A stretch of 59,312 nt of DNA, the filler included, from Squatina squatina (Eukaryota), in NCBI GenBank assembly GCA_031763465.1. It is 3 parts of 3 records of this genome, joined end to end, with 100 filler letters (N's around TTAATTAATTAA, not from the genome) between each part and the next. Parts side by side here need not be neighbours in the genome. Positions count along the whole stretch, not along the records: positions 44,576 to 59,312 come from JARFOE010000234.1; 2 more parts are not named here. One strand, 5' to 3'. This document shows, piece by piece, positions 49,601-59,312 of the stretch; within the stretch, counting starts at the first letter, position 1, and each line of letters begins with the position of its first letter. The translations under genes and the position numbers were made by a program. The notes below the pieces were generated by a model, which saw only the letters and a program-made list of their open reading frames with translations, was not told the origin of the DNA and searched no databases.

Positions 49601-50621
49601 GCCTACATAACCATCTACGTGACAGAAAGTTGAGCTAGGGTGCCCAAATCCTTTGAAACATGGGGAGCTTTAGTGTGGAGTTATGTGCAGTTGTGTGAGT
49701 TTGTGGACAGTAAAACTTCACTATAGGTATACTAATGGAAATGATGTGCTACAGCAAACCTTTTTAGATTTAATGCCTCATTAAATGCTTTAGTCATCAA
49801 AATGGAAAGTGCAAAGAACACACAATCCAGTTCTGCAACTTCCAAGAATTTTAATTTTCTGACATCAATTATTAACTTGCAACAAAGTGATGTTTTTTTT
49901 GTCACTAGACTGAACTTTAAACGCTATATACTGCTCCAACTGACTTAGCAATCCCCTTTTCTTCCATGGAGCAGTCATACAGCACTGACTGTGCAATGCA
50001 AATGGAACAGCGCAGCAGCAATGTGGAAGATTTTTCTGTTAATGTATTTTCTGTGACTCCTTGTCAACCTAGAGCCCCTGGAGTCCAGGTGTCAGACTAG
50101 AAGGTCCTAGATTTGATTCGAGGTCTGTGCTGTTAGCCGCACTCACCTGGCCCACTGAAATTGGACTTAGCTGCCCTGGGCTACAGAGTGGAAAAGTCAA
50201 GCAGGATGCCCACTGCTGGTTCCTATGCAGTGGCCATTGCTGGAAAATTGAAAGTGGACAGACTGGTCTGTGACGTTCTCCACAATTGAACTATATGCTG
50301 ACACCCACTGTCTAAGTTCACAAATGAAGAATGGTCACTCGACAAAGGTATTAAGAGGTGGCTGGCTGGCACTGTGGAACAAGAGTCATTGACTTTAGGA
50401 GGAAGAAGAAAGTGGTGAGAAAATTAGAAAACAAAGGGTTAAGTAGGTACAACCCTTGGGCAAAGGACATCTACTATTAGCTGGACTACCAATTGGCACA
50501 ACCATTATTAAGAACAATTAANNNNNNNNNNNNNNNNNNNNNNNNNNNNNNNNNNNNNNNNNNNNNNNNNNNNNNNNNNNNNNNNNNNNNNNNNNNNNNN
50601 NNNNNNNNNNNNNNNNNNNNN

Positions 50622-50876
50622 AATAACTTTCCACGGAGCTACTGTTGTTCAGTATATTCCTCCTCCGTATGCATCTCCTGCCCAAGATGGTGTTGCCATG
50701 AACTCGACCTGCTTGCCATCATTGAACAACTCCCAGAGCACTAGTCCACCTAATGGTGCTACAGGGACGACCCCATGCCCTCCTCAGTACTATACCATCT
50801 ATCCTCTGGATGACACAGCTTTTACAGGAGATGAGAATTGCCCACCTTACCAAGGACCAGAGAACGAAATAATCAG
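50622..50876 (+). CDS. TMEM174: TMEM174 exon 1, 3' part (5' part lost in a gap)
   Basis: ITFHGATVVQYIPPPYASP...PPQYYTIYPLDDTAF...II-AG|gtagg matches recalled TMEM174. Downstream of FCHO2, as in human 5q13. Confidence 0.9.
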
Positions 50877-51194
50877 GTAGGCTCTATATATCATTGCTTA
50901 CATTTTACCTCGAATAGAAGTCTTTGAAATTTCGTGAAATAATGCTGAAAGAGAACCAACAAGATACACAGAGCAAAATTATTTGAAAATTAATTTTAAA
51001 CTACAGAGATTAGCTGAGCTACTTTTCCTCATACCACGTGCTGGATTAGTGTTAATAGTTTATTTGTATTGGTTTATTTCTTAACCCAGGACCACTTTCC
51101 AAGGCTCACATATCATGAGCTACAATAGTCAGAAACCCTGTAGCAAAAGCACTTCCATTTTTTCTCATGTCATTAGAAAGCTTTGAAGATATAC

Positions 51195-51470
51195 AGCAAC
51201 TTGTATTTATATAGCACCTTTAACGTAGCAAAATGTCCCAAGGCGCTTCACAGGCGTGTCATAAAACAAAATTTGACACCGAGTCGCATAAGGAGAAATT
51301 AGGGTAGATGTACAAAAGCTTGGTCAAAAAGGTAGGTTTTAAGGAGCGTCTTAAAAGAGAAAAGAGAGGTCGAGAGGCAGAGAGGTTTAGGGAGGGAATT
51401 CCAGAGCTTAGGGCCAGGGCAGCTTAAGGCACGGTCAACAATGGTTGAGTGATTAAAATCAGGGATGCTC
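51195..51470 (-). mobile_element. L2 LINE 3' end
   Basis: caacttgtatttatatagcacctttaacgtag...ccaaggcgcttcaca...gcttggtcaaaaaggtaggttttaagg; reverse-complement homolog of 16490-16748. Confidence 0.85.
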
Positions 51471-54400
51471 ATATATATAACAGATATAATTAAGGCATCT
51501 TACTCAACTATTGTGTTATATGTTATTCAACTGCAGAGGAAGTACAAGTGTCAAGAGTTTGCATTGTTATGTGAGTTCACAGCACACGTATTGGTGTACA
51601 AACCAGGGAAAATATTTTTATTTTTGACAATCACATTTGCAGACTTCATNNNNNNNNNNNNNNNNNNNNNNNNNNNNNNNNNNNNNNNNNNNNNNNNNNN
51701 NNNNNNNNNNNNNNNNNNNNNNNNNNNNNNNNNNNNNNNNNNNNNNNNNTGTAAGAAAAAGCTGTATTAAGACCATTTGACTAATCTCAGCTGAGCTCGG
51801 CACATTCATGTAAATATGCATGGACAATGCTAGAAAGGGCTGCAGAACCGGCCAAATTACGTGGTGGTGCTGACTCTCATCACTTTAAAGCAGGTACTAA
51901 TATCAAACCTACCACCCGTAGTATAAATGCAGCACTAAATGAAATCTGATTCAAAGCTACTTTACTGAAAATTGTCTAGCTCACAATATATTCAGATTTC
52001 TTCTTCGGACCTTCTCAGCATTAGGAAATACACAGGAAATGCCTCAACTGAGAGAAATGAATTTTAATCCCTTGCAACTGATTACATTTTCTCCCTGAAT
52101 TTATGATTGTAAAGGTTTAAAGTTACTAGTGTTTAGAAGTGTCCTGATGATAGAGAAAAAATCCCTGGAGGAGCAGTCAGAGTTTAGAGAAAACAGTCAG
52201 TGCCTTAACAAAGGATTCTTAGATTTCTCCAAGAAGCTTTGTACCCTGGGCCCCAGGAAGGCCTGCAGTGTGTGAAGCAACAAACACTGAGTTTCCTCTG
52301 AAGTCCAGGGAACGAGCTGTAAAACAGAGACTCTGTCAACACTGTACAACCTGCAATAAACTATTAAAACAGGAATTTATGGTTGTGGTTATCTGCCTAC
52401 TGAAATAATGTTGTTACAAGGCTGCCCTTGCAAGTCATCAGCAGATATTGCGTGATAAAAATCAAAGATGCTGAAATTTCAGTAATGAGGTTCAGAGACT
52501 GACCGTTAGTAACAAAGTCAGATAATCACCTATATATGGTGGTTATTATACTTTGCTTAACAAGGTATCTTCAGAGAGCCTCTTAAAGTGCTGGATTATG
52601 TCACTTCAGCCACATTCTGCTTTATACTTCATGTACCATTTAAGGTAATCATTGATAGCTTTCCTTTTATAACCTTCATTAACACTTTTCAAATGCACTT
52701 GAATGACTCACTGCCCCATACCTAAAATACAATAACAAGAACTTTGGCCAGTGAAAATTGTAATTCAATTAAGTAGTATTAAAGTGTGTTTTTAAAGTAC
52801 ATTAATTATTGATTATGATTACATCTCCAATGGTGTTGCTCACTAGGAGGTGAAACCAAGGATCTGACTTGAACAAGCCAGGAAGGAGCATGAAAATCCA
52901 GGGCTAAGTTCCATGGGCGCAAAGCAGCATTGAAGACTCACTCAAACACACAGGCGCCAAAGTAGGCATTAAGGAACACTGAGCTTGCTCATATTCAGAG
53001 TCCAAGAAATATGAGAGTGATGGCAGATGTGAAGAATGCTAGATTTCGAAACAAAGCCGAAATAAGTCCCCAGGCCTGAGGAACTGAGGTATCAATGTAA
53101 TAGCAAAGTTGATGGAGGAAGTTCTAAACTACAATTGGAATGTTTAGTGACTTTTTAAAAAAGAATTATGTAATTTTTAATGTATTTATATTAGAAATTT
53201 TATTCTCAGCTATGGATAGTTCTGGTGAGTTGGGAAATACCATGGCTATGAAAATTAATTTCAGAAAATGTTTTAGGCAGTTTGGTAAGTTCACTCTATG
53301 TTTGCTAATGGGTCTTTCTACCTGCCCATTGATTACTTCTGTATAGTTAATGACATATTTCAGGNNNNNNNNNNNNNNNNNNNNNNNNNNNNNNNNNNNN
53401 NNNNNNNNNNNNNNNNNNNNNNNNNNNNNNNNNNNNNNNNNNNNNNNNNNNNNNNNNNNNNNNNTGACTCCCTCCATAAGCATATGGAGGGAGCCATTGG
53501 AGAGTCTGGGCACAGCCATGCACCTCTGTGCAGTGCTTGTCACCTAAATGCTGTGGAACACTGATGGCACAACTGTCCAACTAAATTTATGCATAGTCCC
53601 TTTAAGGAAACCATCTGATGACGTGCCTTCAAATAACGTCATCAGACCCGCTTCCTGCATTTGGGCGGCAAACGCACTGGACGGGCTTAACAAGCCCAAT
53701 CAGGGTAAAATCATTTTGGACAGTGTGCTGGAGGTGGCAGCAGGGTTGGGACCCTCCACTGGCGTCGCCCACCACAGACCTGCCAAGGTAGGGGAAATTG
53801 CGGCCATAATCTCCTGGGAGAGAGAAAAAGCCCGAGCTAATAAGGGAAAAAATACTCTGGAAAAATTCTCTCCGACCCCGTCAGGCATTCAAAACTAGTC
53901 CAATATAAATCTGGTACTTACACATAAAAAAACTCTTTTGAGGATTTCTCCACCCTCTGCTGCTATTTGATCTAAACATTTGGCTCTTCAGGACCATTGC
54001 TCTCCAGAGGAAGTTGGTCTTTAGTAAATTACCCTTAAGTGGATTGACCTGTGTTAAAAATAAAGCTGAGGCAACAACTTTGAACATGTGTGTCTGTTGC
54101 TTATTCCTACTTGTTTTAAAAATAAATGTGCAAGTAATAAATAAACATGTAACAGCAACCTTAAAATGTACCTGTGCCCTTTTAGTGAAGTCATGCAGCA
54201 CGGTACTTGAACTGGGAGAAACATTAGNNNNNNNNNNNNNNNNNNNNNNNNNNNNNNNNNNNNNNNNNNNNNNNNNNNNNNNNNNNNNNNNNNNNNNNNN
54301 NNNNNNNNNNNNNNNNNNNNNNNNNNNCCGTTCTCAAAACAAAGACTAATACAGCAAGTCTGGATAGCAGACAGAAGTAAAGATATGATTCTGCTATTAA

Positions 54401-55935
54401 GCTCTTCTCCGACTCAGCAGGGCAATGGTTAGCTTGAGGATAATACTTTAATGCACTATTACGCTAAACAGATTTGTGAGTGGCTGCATTGTGATAACTG
54501 TTTCTGCAAGTACAGCAATAGACATTTCCATGACCACAAACGCTCGAATCTCACTCATGATGGAATGTGCTTTCTTCCAATTCCATCCTCCAGTTCTTCT
54601 ATCTGAACCGGAGCGTCTTTTCTCGGGTCCATCTCTTTGGGACAGACTGGCTTTGTCTCGGGTTCATCCTCCTGGTGTGGGTCGGTACGGATCGCCCTGT
54701 CTCGGGCTCCATTCCCTCCGTTTGTACTCCACCAGTTTTCTCTTTGTATTAAGGTTTGAAGACGTTTCACTTCGCCTGTCACGAATTATGTTCGCCTCCC
54801 CAGCTGTCAAAACAGGGGGTGTCTCTTTCATTCCGCCTCCGAGTACCAAAGGGCTCTTTAATGCTCATGTTTGGACACAAGCAATTATCCCTAATTATTG
54901 TTTTTCTTTTCAGTTTGCCTGTCCTGCTGGAGGTCCAGCAGATGAACATGCCATAATCCGCCACAGTCGGCTGATCTCGGGAGGGTTTTGCTGGAAAAGC
55001 TTGGCGAGAGGGTTCGCGGCTTTCATCTCAATGAGAATTGAGACGGTGCAGTGAATTGATTCAAACTCAGTCGGATTGCTGAATTAACCTCTGTGTACCG
55101 CCTTTAAATGGACTCAGCTAAGAGATTATACGTGTTGATGGCCGCGCTTTCAAACTAACTTCAGCTGTTAAAGCAAGGCACATTGCTTTGACCCCTTTTT
55201 GGGGGTGATTTTCGTATCGCACGATTTTAAACACCGAATAAGAATGTAACGCTCAGCCTTCTCAGCGCTAATAATATCTGATCTTAGACCCATTCCCGTT
55301 GCCCTTTGTTAAAAATATCTTCTGGTTGTATAGGTTATGTGTACAACACTGTGTGTGTTTTTCAGCATTATTTATAGCCGAGGTATTTAAGGTAAATTAA
55401 GCACCCAAAAAAGTTGGTGAAAGTTTGTGTTCATTACTTATCAGTGAAGGTGCGGTTTTGCAGAACTTTGCTGGGAAATCATCTCCATCTTTCTCTTCCT
55501 TTTGACCCGGCCGTGTGTTGATGAAGGTCTCAGTCACCTTATCTCCATCACTGAGCTGTGAGGGGGTCACTGACTCAGGACGGGAGAAAGCGAGGCTTGG
55601 AAACCACGCTTGGTGCGTGGTATTCGCAGAGCTTGCAGACAGACGCTTCTTAATTATGTACAGATAAATCGATATCAGGACAAGCGTCTGAAATAAATGC
55701 ATTTTAATCAGGGGAAAAAATACACGCTTGGCATTAACCCCGTGCAGTCGATTTAAAAACAAATTGTTTTATAGACTCAAGACTCGCTTCTGCCCTACAG
55801 GGGAAAAAGAAATTCCACGGCTGAAAATCTGGTTGCGTAGTGTCCGTTGTTTGGGCGCTACGGGTGCCAATTTGGCTTGAAAATGGCATCCGAGCAGCAT
55901 GCGCACACTTTTAGTGTGGGCAGCGCCTGATGCCA

Positions 55936-56199
55936 TTGAATGGTTACAGTGCAGAAGGACGCCATTCGGCCCGTCGAGCCTGTGCCAGCTCTCTGCAAGA
56001 GAACCTCAGCTAGTCCCCCATTTCCCTGCCCTTTCCCCGTAGCCCTTCAAATTTCTTTCTTTCAGGTACTTCTCCAATTCCCTTTTGAAAGCAGTGAGTG
56101 AATCTGCCTCCACCACCCTCTCAGGCAGTGAATCCCAGATCATAAACACTCGCTGCGGAAAAAAGTTTTTCCTCATGTCGCCTTTGGTACTTCTGCCAA
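55936..56199 (-). mobile_element. CR1 3' end fragment
   Basis: Near-match to 39590-39830 (cgagcctgtgccag.tctctgcaagag...ccaattcccttttgaaagc). Confidence 0.85.
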
Positions 56200-56299
56200 N
56201 NNNNNNNNNNNNNNNNNNNNNNNNNNNNNNNNNNNNNNNNNNNNNNNNNNNNNNNNNNNNNNNNNNNNNNNNNNNNNNNNNNNNNNNNNNNNNNNNNNN

Positions 56300-56600
<301 letters not shown>

Positions 56601-58974
56601 TTTCCTCAAAGAGAGAGAGGACAGTCCTGGATTGTCAATGCCACAAAATGGCTCCAAGCAGAAAAGGCTCAATAAAGCGCAGCTGTCTTTTTGACTCTCT
56701 TTTCTCCTCCATCTGCAATTTCAATGATTTTGTTGAATTATCTACTTGCATCCTTTATTCAGTTGCATTATTAATACCAACACCAAGTTTTATCTTTGCC
56801 AGCTCTGGTGGGATCTCTGCTCTCTTGACTCCAATAACACCTGTGAGTCAAGGTGTGAATTTCTGAAATTAGCGTCTTACAATGAATTTTCAATTTCTTT
56901 TACTTTCATGCCACTTTTTCTTCTCTTGGAAATGAGTTTTTGTTTACCCTATCCCTAGGAAAGGTGATCTCTTTTGCTTTTCAAATTATTGCCCCATTGT
57001 CCTCACATCGGCACTTTCCAAAGTCATGTAAGTTGTTGTTAAGCCTCGCGTTATCCTTCACCTTAAAATTCTGCCTAATTCCTAATTGCCAGAATGTTTT
57101 CAGCATGGCTATTCCATTGACGATTCTGTTGCCTAAGCTTACAATTTTGGAACTAGATCTTAAACATTTTGATAACTCATCTGTAATTGTCTGTTANNNN
57201 NNNNNNNNNNNNNNNNNNNNNNNNNNNNNNNNNNNNNNNNNNNNNNNNNNNNNNNNNNNNNNNNNNNNNNNNNNNNNNNNNNNNNNNNNNNNNNNNGTGT
57301 TAACTGGAGACTGGCAAGTAAAAATACTCACCCAATCAGCTGCTTCCCCTGCGCCCGCGTCACTTTCTGATTCGTGACAACACTTCTGGAACCCCGCCAC
57401 TTGTCTCGGTAAGTGCCGGCCGCTGCGCTCCCGGATTTAAAGTGCTGTGCCGCTCCCTCGCAAGTCCGCTGCTTCTGCCGTTTTAAAAATGTTTTTTGAT
57501 GTCCTTGTGTAGTTTAGTATCTCCCACTCATACTTTTACAAATCTGCCCTATATGGAACAAATCTGTCAAAGCTTGAATGAGAGATACTCCTACCTGATT
57601 GGGTGGGGCCTCCCATGTGACCTCTCCAGTCTCTCCGAAGGGCTTGCACACAAAAGAGAAGAACCCAGCAATGCATGCCCAACTGTAGAGGCAAAAGGCA
57701 GCAAACCTACGTGGCTCCCAGTCCTTCAGGTAAGCTCATAGAGATATTTGCAGTCGGAGGCACCCACACACAGGAAGCCTCCATTGCAAATTCAGCCCCA
57801 TTAAATGTTCTCAGGCCTTCACCAATAAACTATGAAAACTGGTAGCTAGGAGGTACATGAGAACAACCCAGATGACTCTGCCTTGGTTTTCCCTTCCTAA
57901 ATCTAACTGCACTCTCACTATCTCCCCAATATCCGAGCTCAGTAAGTCACTATTATTGAAAACTACAGAACATAAACGCATGCTATCCTCGGCTGCAGTG
58001 TGCTGGCACTCCAATGAACTGCTCTGTCCTTGCACCAATCTACATTTATTCAGAGGACAGTAAAGATAAGAAAAATCATCATAGTTAGAGAAATCAGAAA
58101 GAACATTAATGAAATCATTCCTATAATTCCTATAATTAATAAAATCTATCCAATCACTTTACTGCACTAGTTCGCTTATGATACATATTTGATGTAACTG
58201 TTCAAAATTGTCATGAATGAATGCAGAAAGAAGTGGCATTTTGTTAACATCTATAGAATTTTCAAGATGCTTATTTAATTTAATTAATAACATTCGACTT
58301 CAAAAGCCATTAGCTGTGATTTGTGTTATTTCAAATGTTAGTTTTTACCTTTCCATTCATTGCACCCAGTAATTATTCATAGATACTTACATAATCTTGT
58401 ATTATACAATGTATATTTATAAAACAGCAGAAATGTTTCATTGTCTGAATTAAGTCAAAGCATGTATATAAATTCTATCTGATGTGGTCACCCTATTTTT
58501 TTGTAGTGTATACAGTGAAATTAATTTCACTTGTCAAATGGCAGCTCATTTCCACAGTTACAAATCTCAGCACAACTATTAGGTGGAGGTCTCCTGAATA
58601 TGGAAGGTATTTTCCCCATAAAGGAGGAAGAAAATGGGTGGCCAAATCAGGTCATGCTAGTTTTGCACATCACCTAGTGGCTTATTTGTAGTTTGTAGAA
58701 AAATATAGCAAACAAGGCAATAAAAGTTCAAGTACACTCAATGTAAATAGACATCTATCTAGAATCCTCCAGTAATCTAGTGTCCTTAGCCAGTCTTTTT
58801 AGATCATCACTATTACAGGATCTATAAATGCTGTAACAAGTACGACTTCACAACCAGGCTGAAGCTTTTACGCAGAGTCGTAAAAACTCCTTGACGATTT
58901 CTGAACCAGCCGTTCCCTGTCCAAACATCGACCGAATGATTTAACTTTGAATAGCCTGGGACTTCTGATAGGAG

Positions 58975-59108
58975 TATTGACCACCTGCCGCACCTGTGGT
59001 AAAGTTTGTGGATCCTGTATCGGAGTATTTAGTCATCTCAGAACCCACAATACTGGAGTGGAAGCAAGTCATCCTCAACCTCGAGGGACTGCCTAAGAAG
59101 AAAAGAAG
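58975..59108 (+). mobile_element. RTE LINE 3' end (C-terminal zinc finger, 3' UTR and tail)
   Basis: TTCRTCGKVCGSCIGVFSHLRTH, then gcaagtcatcctcaacctcgagggactgcctaagaagaaaagaag. Confidence 0.75.
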
Positions 59109-59237
59109 ATTTACTTAAAGGGGGTGGTGCATCAGAAAGCAATGGATTTAACCAGAATTTAAATACTTCAAAATATTCAAACATGAATTGAAACAAATGC
59201 AGTTTGGATGGACTCTACATTCAATCGCAACACATTC

Positions 59238-59312
59238 ACATAGAAACATAGAAAATAGGAGCAGGAGTAGGCCATTCGGCCCTTCGAGCCTGCTCCGCCA
59301 TTCAATATGATC
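59238..59312 (-). mobile_element. Young CR1 3' terminus
   Basis: catagaaacatagaaaataggagcaggagtaggccattcggcccttcgagcctg; near-identical ends occur at 18514-18587 and, inverted, at 35838-35908. Confidence 0.85.

Noticed and set aside
54476-55054. 192-aa plus-strand ORF
   Set aside because: GTG start, no recognisable domain and overlapping short ORFs in other frames, as expected in GC-richer non-coding DNA.

Overview
Vertebrate nuclear DNA, most likely a shark or other chondrichthyan (inferred from SacSINE1/DeuSINE-type SINEs and CR1, L2, RTE, Penelope and Harbinger relics). It comes from a very fragmented assembly of short contigs joined mostly by 100-N gaps. Two artificial N44-TTAATTAATTAA-N44 linkers (16028-16127, 44476-44575) split the window into three blocks that should not be read as physically adjacent. 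Block 1 resembles human 2p23: ASXL2 exon 2 (-), four coding exons of KIF3C (-) and a RAB10 exon (+). Block 2 resembles human 6q14: MYO6 last exon (+), IMPG1 exons (-), MEI4 last exon (+) and an SNX14 exon (-). Block 3 resembles human 5q13: an FCHO2 exon (+), part of TMEM174 exon 1 (+), a CpG-rich non-coding tract and a degraded hnRNP A3/A1-type retrocopy. Gene identities come from recalled protein sequences plus GT-AG boundaries, not from database searches. I found no evidence for a wholly new biological system. The best leads are a KIF3C without the mammalian Gly-rich loop-11 insert and with an intron inside its motor domain, a minimal hammerhead-ribozyme core in a Penelope-like terminus, the hnRNP retrocopy, an IMPG1 with two intact EGF repeats, and candidate alternative ASXL2 start exons.
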